From Candidatus Heimdallarchaeota archaeon (GTDB taxonomy: Archaea > Asgardarchaeota > Heimdallarchaeia > JABLTI01): DNA of 64,000 nt. A model generated the notes under the pieces. It was given only the letters and a program-made list of their open reading frames with translations. It had not been told where the DNA came from and made no database searches. Position 1 is the first letter of the stretch. Each line of letters opens with the position of its first letter. The position numbers and the translations under genes are program-made. The stretch spans positions 64,001 to 128,000 of the forward strand of contig JABCTZ010000007.1 in assembly GCA_018238155.1 (NCBI GenBank), in the 5' to 3' direction. Positions 50,319 through 60,798 of the stretch are shown here, in pieces.

Positions 50319-50816
50319 TTGTCTTTTGAAGAACGTTTACAAGAATTAGCCACAGAAATCCTTAACGAATTCACTACTCGTGGATTGACCCTTTCTATTG
50401 CAGAGAGCTGTACAGGAGGTTTAGCAACCTCCCTTCTGACTGATTTAGATGGCTCATCAGAAATTTTATCCTTTAGTATAGTTACTTATTCAACAGATGC
50501 AAAAGAAGAATTTCTAGGACTTCCTTCATACATTATTTCTGATTTTGGTTCTATTTCAATAGAATGCGCTAAGCTAATGGCTGAAGGTTTACTTAGTTAT
50601 GAAGTTGATGTTGGTCTTTCTACTACAGGAGTAATTGGTGAATCTTTCGAAGATAAATTAAAAGGCACTGCTTTTATCGCAATAGCTATTTCAGGTCATG
50701 AAACCTATGCAAAGGAATTAACTTTGGATCCTAAACAAACGCGCATTCAATTAAAACAAGAGATAGTGAAAATACTCTTTGAAGCAACATTACAAGCGAT
50801 CAATCTAACCTTCTGA
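50319..50816 (+). CDS. cinA: CinA/PncC nicotinamide-nucleotide amidohydrolase family
   Basis: AESCTGG, TYS..AK..FLG, A..MAEG, TTGV.G. Confidence 0.9.
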   Translation: MSFEERLQELATEILNEFTTRGLTLSIAESCTGGLATSLLTDLDGSSEILSFSIVTYSTDAKEEFLGLPSYIISDFGSISIECAKLMAEGLLSYEVDVGLSTTGVIGESFEDKLKGTAFIAIAISGHETYAKELTLDPKQTRIQLKQEIVKILFEATLQAINLTF

Positions 50817-50853
50817 TTTTTTAAAAAAAATGATCGAATATTTCTACTTTTCT

Positions 50854-51597
50854 TTATTGTAGAAATACTTCAATTTTGAGCATCTTGCCGTCAGGTAACG
50901 TTTTTGTTCCTTCTTCTGCTAATTTTTCCCGCATATATATGGGCGCAATAGCTTCAAGAATGTCTTTGTTGTGATGTGTTCTACTTGGAATTATGATTGC
51001 TCCCATCGTTCCATCCTCAAATCGAGCTTTGTAACACATAACATCACCAAAATATCTACCCTTCTTTTCAAAACCATGAATAATATAGGGTTCAGATTGC
51101 CTTATTTGAGCGACTTTTTTCAAATCATCAACATTGAGTATTCGTAAATTAATTGTTCCCGGATAAGGGAGAAACCCTAATGTTTCCTCAAATTGTTTTG
51201 TATATTCCTCTTGCATAATATACCATGCTCCTTCTCCTAAACCGTTTTCAATTACACCATAAATTGTAGTTGAGCGTTTTTGCGAGTAAAGAGCCTTTGT
51301 AATCATAATACTGAGATTTTCTAAAAGTTCTTTTCCTAATTTAGTAATATGTACTGCTTGACCTCTTGATGTCCGTGAACGTTCGATGAGATGATTTTTT
51401 TCTAACTCAACAAGATATCTTGCAGCCGTCTGTTGAGATACACCTAAATATTTACCTAATTCACTACTAGTGATATCAATAGGATTGCTCAATGCTCCAT
51501 AAATGCCTAGCTTTAGGACCACTGCTAATTGTTTGCTATCAAAATCAACACTACTACCAAAAAAGAAGCTTTTCTTCTCTTGAGATTTTTTTGCCAT
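50854..51597 (-). CDS. ribK: CTP-dependent riboflavin kinase with N-terminal HTH (RbkR)
   Basis: SSELG..LGVSQQTAAR HTH; GLGEG.WY, LGF.PYPGT.N, PSRTHH, EAIAP..MR. Confidence 0.93.
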   Translation of the reverse strand: MAKKSQEKKSFFFGSSVDFDSKQLAVVLKLGIYGALSNPIDITSSELGKYLGVSQQTAARYLVELEKNHLIERSRTSRGQAVHITKLGKELLENLSIMITKALYSQKRSTTIYGVIENGLGEGAWYIMQEEYTKQFEETLGFLPYPGTINLRILNVDDLKKVAQIRQSEPYIIHGFEKKGRYFGDVMCYKARFEDGTMGAIIIPSRTHHNKDILEAIAPIYMREKLAEEGTKTLPDGKMLKIEVFLQ

Positions 51598-51639
51598 TAA
51601 CTATCCTTCCTTCAATCCTGTTTTGGATTTTAATAACTA

Positions 51640-51657
51640 TTACTCAAATTTGAGTAA
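51640..51657. promoter_or_regulatory. Perfect 18-bp palindrome, candidate RbkR operator
   Basis: TTACTCAAATTTGAGTAA about 43 bp upstream of the start; imperfect second copy TACTCATTTTTGAGAG at 51717-51732. Confidence 0.65.
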
Positions 51658-51822
51658 ATGGAGGTTGAACTCTTTTCTTAAAAAGATATTTGTACATACT
51701 CAATTTTCTCCTTCCCTACTCATTTTTGAGAGCTTATTTTTCATTATACATCAAGTTAAAACAGAAAAAAAGTGGATAATGGGTCCCTTTTATGAGGTTC
51801 CCATGTTTGTGTTAATTAGAGC

Positions 51823-54177
51823 TTATTTTAGCTCTCGAGAGATCGAGAGTGCTTGACGACCGAGCGTCTCACCAATAACGACATTCTTGAATCCATCCGA
51901 AGTGGAGAGAATACCAACCCAATCCTTTTCAGTTTCATCTTTGAAAGCAATGAGCATTTCTTCTCCTCCATCTCTATCAAAAGCGATGTATTCTGCAAAC
52001 CCTTGCATATCTTGCATACCAATCTTTCTTATTTTGGCTCTTCCAAGTGCATCTGATGCTTTGATTTCATCAATAATATTCTTGTCAGCGACTTCATCAA
52101 TTTTTGATATGATGGTCATTTTAGCTTGTGCTTTGACCTTTCCTAAAGTCTTTGTTGGAATATCACTGGGTTCAGGTATGACCATAGTTACATTGGATTT
52201 TATTCTCAAAGTGAGCATATCATCCAATCTATCAAAGATTGCATCTTTACTGTAAAGAATTGCTGTTTCTATTTTTGGTCTTGGATAGGTTGTAACTGTC
52301 GTTTGGAACGCTTCATTTTGACTCTTGAATTCCATCAATAGTTGAGATATTTTCAATGAATCTTTTGAAAATCTATTATAATAATCATTGAATCCACCCT
52401 TTACGGCTTCTATTTCTTTTCTAACAGATGATTCAACTACATCGGTTATTGTTGAAATCGCTTTCAAGGAGGTTTCTTCATTGTTCCTGATACAAGTTGT
52501 TGCTGTGGTATTTACATCACTTATTACCGCAGTGGTTGTACTTCCAATAGTTTCAGTACCGGTAGTGCAATCTTTAGCAACTTTTTGCTTCGTTTTCTTG
52601 GTATCATTGATGAATGAATCCTTAGTCTCTTTCAGATTTTCTTTAGAGCTTGTAACCGTAGCATCTGCCATAGATGCAATATCTGCCGTCATCTGTGTTG
52701 TTGTTGTAGTTGTAGTATCAGAATTAGATGTTGTTAGAGAGGTTAATTTCTCTGTAACATTATTCTTTGTTAAATCGAATTCAGTTTTTGAGGTGTCTAC
52801 AGAGCTATCAATTGATGCATGCATTCCTGTAACTGTTTCTTCAACTTTGGCATTAATGTCTGCTGAGTAGTTAGATTTCAATAAAACAACACTTGAATTT
52901 AAGGTTGCGACTGTAGAATTTGTTGCTTCCAAAGTATTTGCATTTTGTTCTTCAACCTTTGTTAGCATAGATGCAGTTCCATCTTCTACAGCTTTATTAT
53001 CGATATCTACATTTGCAGCTATTTCTTCATTGTGTTTAGTTACTAATTCAGCAACAGAGGCATTAGCGTTCTCCATTAGAGCAGCAATTTCTTTGCTTGT
53101 GTTCGCATTCAAATCGTCAATTTGCTTTTTATATTTTTCAGAAATTTTCGTTAATTGCTTATTGAATTTCCCTTCAAAATCATTCATATCTGAAGCAAAA
53201 TGCTCTTTCACTTGATCAAAATTGGTACTAAGTCCTTCTTTGAATTGATTATTCAAATCAATTCTATTTTTCTTAGCTTCCTCAGCTGTTTCCTTCAAGA
53301 AAGCTCCTTGTTCATTTGTTGCTGTAGTGATTGTTTCACTAAGAGTTGTTACATTGCCTTCTGTTTCATTTACAAAAGTATCCAATCCTGATAAGACATG
53401 ATCTCTTGTATCTTCTAATTTTTCTTTAGAGTCATTTTTCAAAGCATTGCCAAGTTTTTCAACTTCATTGGTGATGGTTTGTGTTGCAGTAGCAATAGCA
53501 TTTGTTCCCTCGTTAAGGAATTCATCATTTCTTCCTTTGATTGTCGAATTCAATTCTTCTAGAGCAGTCTGGGAATTTGACTTTGCATTAGTTGAAAAAG
53601 TGTCTAAATTCTCATTTACATTTCCCTCAAAAGCTTCAACTGTTTCGGTTTGTTTGGTCAAGAAATCGTTTGTTTCTGATTTGATTGCTTTCTTGGTTGA
53701 ATTAACAGCTACATTAACAGACTCTTTTGCTTCGAGTGTTTTACTTTCAACAGAAGCTTTGCTTTCGTTGCTATTTAGAGAAACAATATCACTATTTTTC
53801 TTCTTTTCAGAGTGAACAAATTCTTCTGTATCTTTCATTACTTGATCGAAATGCTTAATCTGATTTGCAACGTACTCTTTCAATTCAGTTACTAGCTGAT
53901 CAATCTTATGTGCATCTTTTCCTGCTTCTTCGGCTATTTCTCTAAAAGGATAAAGACCAATTGCTTTATCTACTAACCCCTCAATATTATAGGCATAATT
54001 CTTTCCAAATAATACTTCAAGAGTTGCTTTTACTTTTGAGATGGGTTTAACTTGGGAATACTTAGAAATCTCTCCTAAAGTTAAAGGGCCCAAAGAAAGT
54101 AATGCGAGATACACCTTTTGTTCTATTTCACTTAAACCAAGTCTCTCAAGAAATGGTGTAGTAGTTGGTGTTGACAT
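51823..54177 (-). CDS. TrmB-family wHTH protein with very long central coiled coil and C-terminal TrmB effector-like domain
   Basis: LERLGLSEIEQKVYLALLSLGPLTLGEIS (TrmB HTH); about 550 aa of helical repeats; ILYSKDAIFDRLDDML...VTMVIP. Confidence 0.8.
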   Translation of the reverse strand: MSTPTTTPFLERLGLSEIEQKVYLALLSLGPLTLGEISKYSQVKPISKVKATLEVLFGKNYAYNIEGLVDKAIGLYPFREIAEEAGKDAHKIDQLVTELKEYVANQIKHFDQVMKDTEEFVHSEKKKNSDIVSLNSNESKASVESKTLEAKESVNVAVNSTKKAIKSETNDFLTKQTETVEAFEGNVNENLDTFSTNAKSNSQTALEELNSTIKGRNDEFLNEGTNAIATATQTITNEVEKLGNALKNDSKEKLEDTRDHVLSGLDTFVNETEGNVTTLSETITTATNEQGAFLKETAEEAKKNRIDLNNQFKEGLSTNFDQVKEHFASDMNDFEGKFNKQLTKISEKYKKQIDDLNANTSKEIAALMENANASVAELVTKHNEEIAANVDIDNKAVEDGTASMLTKVEEQNANTLEATNSTVATLNSSVVLLKSNYSADINAKVEETVTGMHASIDSSVDTSKTEFDLTKNNVTEKLTSLTTSNSDTTTTTTTQMTADIASMADATVTSSKENLKETKDSFINDTKKTKQKVAKDCTTGTETIGSTTTAVISDVNTTATTCIRNNEETSLKAISTITDVVESSVRKEIEAVKGGFNDYYNRFSKDSLKISQLLMEFKSQNEAFQTTVTTYPRPKIETAILYSKDAIFDRLDDMLTLRIKSNVTMVIPEPSDIPTKTLGKVKAQAKMTIISKIDEVADKNIIDEIKASDALGRAKIRKIGMQDMQGFAEYIAFDRDGGEEMLIAFKDETEKDWVGILSTSDGFKNVVIGETLGRQALSISRELK

Positions 54178-54400
54178 AATATATCCCTTCATATCATTTT
54201 TACAAATTGATTTATTGCTTCATTTTTTCATAGTAAATCAAAGGTAGCAAATTTCTGTTATACTAACAAAAATTAACAAGTAAAACAGAAAAGGAGATTG
54301 TATAAATGTATTGCTCTTCATACAAATTTATGGCAAAGAAAAAATAGCTCAAAACACAAATTATGCGTTTTTTCTTAAAAATTAGATGAGAAGATAGGAA

Positions 54401-55165
54401 TTATAATGTTCCTTCTTCAATTGCCTTTATATCTAAGAAGGATTCCAATATGCCTTCATAGATTTTTCCATCAAGAATTGTTAAAGGTCTTTTTGCTTCT
54501 TTTGCAATCATATCTTCATGAGTTACAACAACAAGAGTAACGCCTTCTTCTTCGTTAATCTTCATTAAATAATCAATGATTTCTCGTGAGGTATTGCTAT
54601 CTAATTGACCTGTGGGTTCATCTAAAAGGATTAGTTCAGGTTTATTAGCCAATGCACGAGCAATTGCTACTCTTTGTCTTTGCCCACCACTTAGCTCCAT
54701 TGGAAAATGATCGCCTCTATCTGGTAATCCAATTACTTCAAGAAGTTCATACACTCTCTCTTCTCTTTCAGAAGTTGGAGTTCCATTTATAATCATTGGA
54801 AGTGCGATGTTTTCTGCTGTTGTCAAAATTTCAAGAAGATTAAATGCTTGGAAAACAAAACCAATTTTATTTCTGCGAATATCACGAATATCCTTGTTTG
54901 GCATTTGAGTTAGATTTACTCCATTAAAGAAAATTTCACCTGCAGTAGGATTGTCTATTGTTCCAATCAAATTGAGAAAAGTTGTTTTTCCACTTCCAGA
55001 AGGACCTACTATTGTTGCATACTCTCCTCTCTCGAGAGCAAAGTCAATACCATTAATAGCTTTGATTGTTGCTTCTCCAAAAGGGTATTCTTTTGTCAGT
55101 CCTTTAGTCTGAATAATAAAGTCATTTTTTTCAGCCAATGAAATTCGCTCCAGCTGTTTTATCAA
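54401..55165 (-). CDS. ABC transporter ATP-binding protein (LolD/MacB/FtsE type)
   Basis: [43 protein letters not shown]. Confidence 0.95.
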   Translation of the reverse strand: MIKQLERISLAEKNDFIIQTKGLTKEYPFGEATIKAINGIDFALERGEYATIVGPSGSGKTTFLNLIGTIDNPTAGEIFFNGVNLTQMPNKDIRDIRRNKIGFVFQAFNLLEILTTAENIALPMIINGTPTSEREERVYELLEVIGLPDRGDHFPMELSGGQRQRVAIARALANKPELILLDEPTGQLDSNTSREIIDYLMKINEEEGVTLVVVTHEDMIAKEAKRPLTILDGKIYEGILESFLDIKAIEEGTL

Positions 55166-55281
55166 AGGATATCAGAATAAAAAGCATTTCTAACAATCTA
55201 ATTATAATTTAAATTGAAAGAAGAAAAGGAACTGATGGAATTAATTCTCTTCTTAATTCATGATTAATGAATTTTCTATCT

Positions 55282-57513
55282 TTAAATAAGCCCCCTTCTT
55301 TTTTTATAGCTATTTTTAACAACAAAGTATCCAGAAATTGCTAGAATTATTATTGTTCCTCCTATTATTGGTCCTAAAGTCCAAAGTGGGAAAGGCTTGT
55401 CGAAAGGATCATTCGGATCACTACCACGTTTAATTTCCACATCATCAGTTATCCCGTCCCCATCCGTATCATCATTAATCGGATTTGTACCGTAAATATC
55501 GATTTCATCAACATTTGAAATTCCATCGCCATCTGAATCCAAATTCGCATCCTGAACAAGAGGATTTGTTAAATATCGTTTCACTTCATCCCCATCTAAT
55601 AGTCCATCTCCGTCCGTATCAGAAATATCTGGATTTGTGCTATGAGTGTACTCTTCAATATTAGTTAGCTTGTCTTCATCTAGATCTTCGTAAGTATCTG
55701 GTACAAACGGATCTGGATTTTCATATTGCACCTCAAACCCATCTGGTAAGAAATCTCCATCTGTATCTGAATTGAGTGGATTTGTTCCCGAAAATAATAC
55801 CTCATACCCATCTTCTAAATCATCTTGATCTGTATCTTTGATTGTTGGATCTGTAAAATAAATATCTGCTTCTTCTACATTTGTTAATAAATCACCATCT
55901 GTATCGAAATCTGTATCATTCTTTGTTGGATCCAAGCGATATCTGTAAATTTCATCTCCATCTAGTAACCCATCTCCATCTGTATCCTTCATTTGAACGT
56001 TGCTCCCAACAATTTCTTCCTCCAAATCACTTAGTCCATCCTGATCCATATCTGCAGTCAAACCGATTCGCTCATTGCCTCCCCGATAGCTTGGCCATGG
56101 TAAGAGTCCAAATGAACCTAGTTTATAACAATAAACATCTGAAAGGTCTCGCTCAGTCCCTGTGCCATGAGTTGTAATAATGATTTCAATTATCCCATCT
56201 TTATCAATGTCGCCTATTACTGGTGCAGAATCAATTCCTTTTATGCTTATTTCTTTCTTATACAGCTCAGTTCCATTATTCGAAATAATTAGTATTTTCC
56301 CAGAAGGCGTCACTTCGACAATTTCAGGAATAAAATCCCCATTTATATCACAAATAATTGAATCTTTGTAAATGACTTCACTATTAGTGCTATTCCAATA
56401 AACGTTCTTACTATTTCTTGCATCAGTAAAAGCAAAGAGTGTGACATTTGTGGGTTGAATTAGGAAGTCATTAATTCCATCCATATCCAAATCACCAATT
56501 GTTACACTATTTAGTATTGCATTTTCTGCCTCCCAAGGCCATTCGCTGAATTGTGAGCCGTTTTGATGATAAATGTACAAATTTCTGTCCCACGAACCAA
56601 TAATTATTTCATTCTTACTATCATTATTCAAATCAGTAACTGCAGGAGAAGCTCTAATATGATATGTTGTATTTTGTGGCCACCCTGGTAGTGGAACACC
56701 ATGACCATCAATAACGTGTATTGCATTGTCATAAGAACCAAAAACAATTTCTAATGCAGAATCTCCACCTAAATCCGCTAAAGCTGGTGTACCAATGATT
56801 TGATCTGTTGCACCTGTATATGGAAATCCTTCTACTTCTGATCCATTAAGCTCAAAAGCATGAATATTGTTATCCCACGTTCCAATAATTATTTCTTTCT
56901 CTCCGTCTCCATCAATATCCCCTGCAGAAAGTGATGATGTAATTTTATTACTTAATTCAATATCCCAGTTTGGAACCTCTGTAGCATTTAAAAACCAAGC
57001 ATGTAACGTTCCTGGATTGTGTGTTGCACAAATAATTTCTTTCTCACCATCTTCATTAAGATCTAAAGCAATTGGATATGGTGATATGCCTAAATCTGAT
57101 GTTAATTTCTCATTTGTAGCAATAGTACCATATGTTCCCCAACCTTCAAGAAAATTTCCTTCATGGTCTAAAATATAGATGAAACTATTTGCAGTCAAGA
57201 TAATAATTTCCATATCTCCATCTCCATCAAGGTCTGATAAAATTGGTGAAGATATTGCCGAGCCAATCAAATCTTCATGTATCCAAAGGGCATTTGTGAA
57301 GAATGACTCTATTTCTGCGCCAGAGTTAATAGAAAATATCGGCTCAGTAATAAACACTTGTTTCTGTTCAATTCGAGGGTTTAGCTGTTTTAATTTCAAA
57401 ATATCAGCGTCAAATGATTGTGCTAAACCAATATTTACACAAATCGTTAGTACAATAAAAATAAGTCCTATTCTGGAAATTATTATTTTATTTACCATTA
57501 AAGCATACCACAA
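55282..57513 (-). CDS. Cell-surface protein: FG-GAP/VCBS repeats, TSP3-like Ca-binding repeats and C-terminal TM anchor
   Basis: Repeated SP...D(L/I)DGDG..EII blades; many DTDGDGL.DG.E repeats; signal peptide; TM followed by KKRR. Confidence 0.88.
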   Translation of the reverse strand: MWYALMVNKIIISRIGLIFIVLTICVNIGLAQSFDADILKLKQLNPRIEQKQVFITEPIFSINSGAEIESFFTNALWIHEDLIGSAISSPILSDLDGDGDMEIIILTANSFIYILDHEGNFLEGWGTYGTIATNEKLTSDLGISPYPIALDLNEDGEKEIICATHNPGTLHAWFLNATEVPNWDIELSNKITSSLSAGDIDGDGEKEIIIGTWDNNIHAFELNGSEVEGFPYTGATDQIIGTPALADLGGDSALEIVFGSYDNAIHVIDGHGVPLPGWPQNTTYHIRASPAVTDLNNDSKNEIIIGSWDRNLYIYHQNGSQFSEWPWEAENAILNSVTIGDLDMDGINDFLIQPTNVTLFAFTDARNSKNVYWNSTNSEVIYKDSIICDINGDFIPEIVEVTPSGKILIISNNGTELYKKEISIKGIDSAPVIGDIDKDGIIEIIITTHGTGTERDLSDVYCYKLGSFGLLPWPSYRGGNERIGLTADMDQDGLSDLEEEIVGSNVQMKDTDGDGLLDGDEIYRYRLDPTKNDTDFDTDGDLLTNVEEADIYFTDPTIKDTDQDDLEDGYEVLFSGTNPLNSDTDGDFLPDGFEVQYENPDPFVPDTYEDLDEDKLTNIEEYTHSTNPDISDTDGDGLLDGDEVKRYLTNPLVQDANLDSDGDGISNVDEIDIYGTNPINDDTDGDGITDDVEIKRGSDPNDPFDKPFPLWTLGPIIGGTIIILAISGYFVVKNSYKKRRGLI

Positions 57514-57676
57514 ATATACAAGTCTCCTCTTTCAAATTTAATTTTTGTTAAAAAACCGTTAATATTCCTTACATTTTGATTATCTTTTCTCCTTCAAATG
57601 AATTAACTCTCTAAAATGATATTAGTATAAATGCTTAAAACTGATTTCAACAAATCTTATCTGGGTAGTATATCTG

Positions 57677-60559
57677 ATGAGCTTAATATCTAGAGTTTTC
57701 GAAAAACTTAATCTGTTTTTCAGAATGATTTTCATTAATAAAAAATACACTCTAGTAGCATTTGTGGGCTTAGGAATAAGCCTTTCCCTTATATCTACAA
57801 GTTTAATTTTTCTTTATAGTTACCAATTTAACGCATTCAATAAATATGTCGTTGATCATCCCGAAGAGCAAATAACAATATCACCAAATAATATGCTTAA
57901 TTCTTTTGGGCAAGAGGATACTTTGATTCCTGATTTAAACTCGCTTGTGGATACTTCAATAAGTGATTCTGGGTTACAAGGTCGTGTTTCATATAGAGGA
58001 TGGTATAATCGTCGTGCGGTAGTTCTTCCTTATGAAGATCGAACTCATTATAATACCACTGAACTTTTACCCTTGTCAATGGTTGGTGTCCCAGTAGAAT
58101 TTTTTGATATATTGCAACCATATCTCATTGAGGGTGGAAGAATGCCTGCAAGTTCAAATGAAATTATTATATTGCTACGATCAGAATACTTTTCAACAAC
58201 AAATATTAGTGTCGGCGAACAAAATATCTTTGTTATTTCTAATCCTATAAATATTTGGGCTTCAGTATGGGACGGAGTTCCTAATGGCGGAGTGAGGATG
58301 AATGTTACCGGTATTATCAATGTCTATGATTTACAGAACAGTTTAAACAACACTTCAGATTCCACAACAAAAATCAGCAATCTATTTTCTGTTATTGATA
58401 CTGATGAAATGATATTAACGTTTCATAAAAATGTTATGGATTTCACATCTGGTTTAACTGGCATGCCGTCCTTGGTTGCTCCAAATAAACAAACCTATGT
58501 AGGATCTATTCTTTTCAATTTGAACGAAGTAAATGCTTTTAGAATCAATGATGATATATCTAACTTGATCGCTTTTTCTGAACAGTTACGTACTTCTATT
58601 GAAACTACAAGTTTAACAAATGATGTTCATATCGATTTGGATTTAGTAGTTATCCTTCAAGGGTTCGCATCTGAATTTGAAGTTTTTAAGATTTTTACCC
58701 TGTTATTTATGGTACCCATTATAAGTATGGCTTTATCTTTAACAGCATACTCGACTAACTTGGTCAAAAAACGCAGAAAACGCCAACTTGCTTTGTTAGG
58801 TCAAAGAGGTGTTTCTCAATTTGAGATTCTCTTTATGTTGTTTAGTGAGACCTTACTTTTTACCGTTATTGCAATAGTAATATCATTCATTATTGCGTAT
58901 CCATATTCATTTCTAATTTTAAAGAGTGATGCTTTTCTAAGTTTTCAGGGAGAAATAATTACTCCACAACTATATATTTTCATTATTGAAATTATAATTG
59001 CGATAGGTTTTGGTGGGTCATTGTTAGTAAATTTCAGCAATATCTGGAATTTAAGCAAAATAAGTGCTGAAGAAGCTTTCAGCGAAACGAAAACCAAAAA
59101 GCCATTCTGGGAACGATTTTATATTGATATATTCTTCTTAATTGTAGGAATTGTTGCTTGGATAATAACATTTTACCAACTTCGTAATACAGCTGTATCT
59201 TCTGCTTTTGCTCGAGTATTAGGAACACCGGCACCAATACTAATAATTGTTGGAACAGTTTTATTCATTTCTAGATTATATCCACTAATTACTACTTGGT
59301 TATCTAAAATTTCTTGGAAATATACTAAATTAGAAATGATTAGCATTTCACTAAGAAGTTTAAGTAGAAGAAGAAGTGCCTCGATGCGGTCATTAGTTCT
59401 AATTATGCTTACGTTTACTATGGCAATAATTTCTATTGTAATACCAGATACATATCAAAATTTCGATTATGAAAATGCTGCTTATGACATTGGATCAGAT
59501 ATAGTGATATCAGGGGTTTCTATGAATGATCCTAGTTTCCAGGCAAATATTGAAGCAATTGAGGGTGTTGAAGATACCACATATGTAGCCTTACTAACCT
59601 ATAATCCAATATCCCGGGGGAGTATAATCTATTCTTATTCAATAGTAGGTATAAATACTTCTGAATTTGCTAACGTTGCCTTTTTTGAAGATGAATATTT
59701 GGATGATGATTTAGAGGAAACATTAACTATTTTAGCACAACCCCCAGAATTGGGGTCTTCTGCCAATGTTTTAATTCAAGAGGATCAAGTAAAAGCATTT
59801 AATTTAACTGAAGGGAAAAATTTCAATATAACATATTTGCCCAGTGGTTCAAACGTGGAATACAATTATACCGTTACTACTGTTGGTTTCTATAATTATT
59901 GGCCTACTTTATACAAAATTGCACCAGAACAAGGTTCAACTATTTTCAGACTTGGTATGGTCACCAATTTAGCAACAATCTATGCTCTTGCAATGGATTC
60001 TGCCAACGTCAATGTTCAGTTGTATGTAGATGTAAAAGATGATTATATCGTTGAGACAGTTGCAGATGATATTCGTGGGAAAGTTTTTGGGCGGAGAATT
60101 GAAGACATAGATGAAAGAGTGACTATTTCGACAGGTAGTCTCAGAGCAGCAGTCATATATGGCTCTCTAAATTCCAATTTTATTGCATCTATTTTCATTC
60201 TTATCTTTGCTATGTCGTTAATGATGGTAATACATAGTTTGGAGCGTTCAAACGAAGTAGGAATTTTGAAAGCTATTGGTATATCTCCAAAGCAACTCTT
60301 CTCGTTTTTCTTCGTAGAATCACTCACTGTTATAATTGTAGGTGCAATAGTTGGAACATTCCTGGGGATGATTACTTCATATATGTTTATGTCAATAATA
60401 ACAATCAATAGATTCATCCCACCCTGGGGGATGGTTTTTTCACCATGGAAGATTATTGGAACAATATTAGTTATGTTATTTGCATCCATGCTTAGCTCAG
60501 CAATTCCAGGAGTTCTCTTTTCAAGACGGAAAGAAGCGCAAATTATGCGAGAGCTATGA
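57677..60559 (+). CDS. FtsX/MacB-like ABC permease (two repeats, large extracellular domains)
   Basis: RKRQLALLGQRG and ERSNEVGILKAIG FtsX motifs; GSDI motif. Confidence 0.9.
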   Translation: MSLISRVFEKLNLFFRMIFINKKYTLVAFVGLGISLSLISTSLIFLYSYQFNAFNKYVVDHPEEQITISPNNMLNSFGQEDTLIPDLNSLVDTSISDSGLQGRVSYRGWYNRRAVVLPYEDRTHYNTTELLPLSMVGVPVEFFDILQPYLIEGGRMPASSNEIIILLRSEYFSTTNISVGEQNIFVISNPINIWASVWDGVPNGGVRMNVTGIINVYDLQNSLNNTSDSTTKISNLFSVIDTDEMILTFHKNVMDFTSGLTGMPSLVAPNKQTYVGSILFNLNEVNAFRINDDISNLIAFSEQLRTSIETTSLTNDVHIDLDLVVILQGFASEFEVFKIFTLLFMVPIISMALSLTAYSTNLVKKRRKRQLALLGQRGVSQFEILFMLFSETLLFTVIAIVISFIIAYPYSFLILKSDAFLSFQGEIITPQLYIFIIEIIIAIGFGGSLLVNFSNIWNLSKISAEEAFSETKTKKPFWERFYIDIFFLIVGIVAWIITFYQLRNTAVSSAFARVLGTPAPILIIVGTVLFISRLYPLITTWLSKISWKYTKLEMISISLRSLSRRRSASMRSLVLIMLTFTMAIISIVIPDTYQNFDYENAAYDIGSDIVISGVSMNDPSFQANIEAIEGVEDTTYVALLTYNPISRGSIIYSYSIVGINTSEFANVAFFEDEYLDDDLEETLTILAQPPELGSSANVLIQEDQVKAFNLTEGKNFNITYLPSGSNVEYNYTVTTVGFYNYWPTLYKIAPEQGSTIFRLGMVTNLATIYALAMDSANVNVQLYVDVKDDYIVETVADDIRGKVFGRRIEDIDERVTISTGSLRAAVIYGSLNSNFIASIFILIFAMSLMMVIHSLERSNEVGILKAIGISPKQLFSFFFVESLTVIIVGAIVGTFLGMITSYMFMSIITINRFIPPWGMVFSPWKIIGTILVMLFASMLSSAIPGVLFSRRKEAQIMREL

Positions 60560-60798
60560 AACAAATTTTTTTGTTTATAATAATGTAAAAGAGAAAGGAT
60601 AATTGCTACAAACAAAATAGAAGTTACAAAGAAAAACGAATGAAAACTCATAAATGAACAAAAAATTTTAAAACTGAACAAAAGAGACTAAAATATAGTG
60701 AAGTTATTCTTTTAATAACCTCTACAAAACATTATTAAAAGGAAAATGAAACAGCAATTAATATAAGAAAAATTTAACTGTTAATTAGGTGTAAACAA

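Noticed and set aside
51623-51856. 77-aa plus-strand ORF
   Set aside because: TTG start, overlaps the rbkR operator region and the TrmB stop, and has no protein-like features.
60043-60681. 212-aa minus-strand ORF
   Set aside because: Mostly antisense to the permease, extended by an A-rich intergenic tract.
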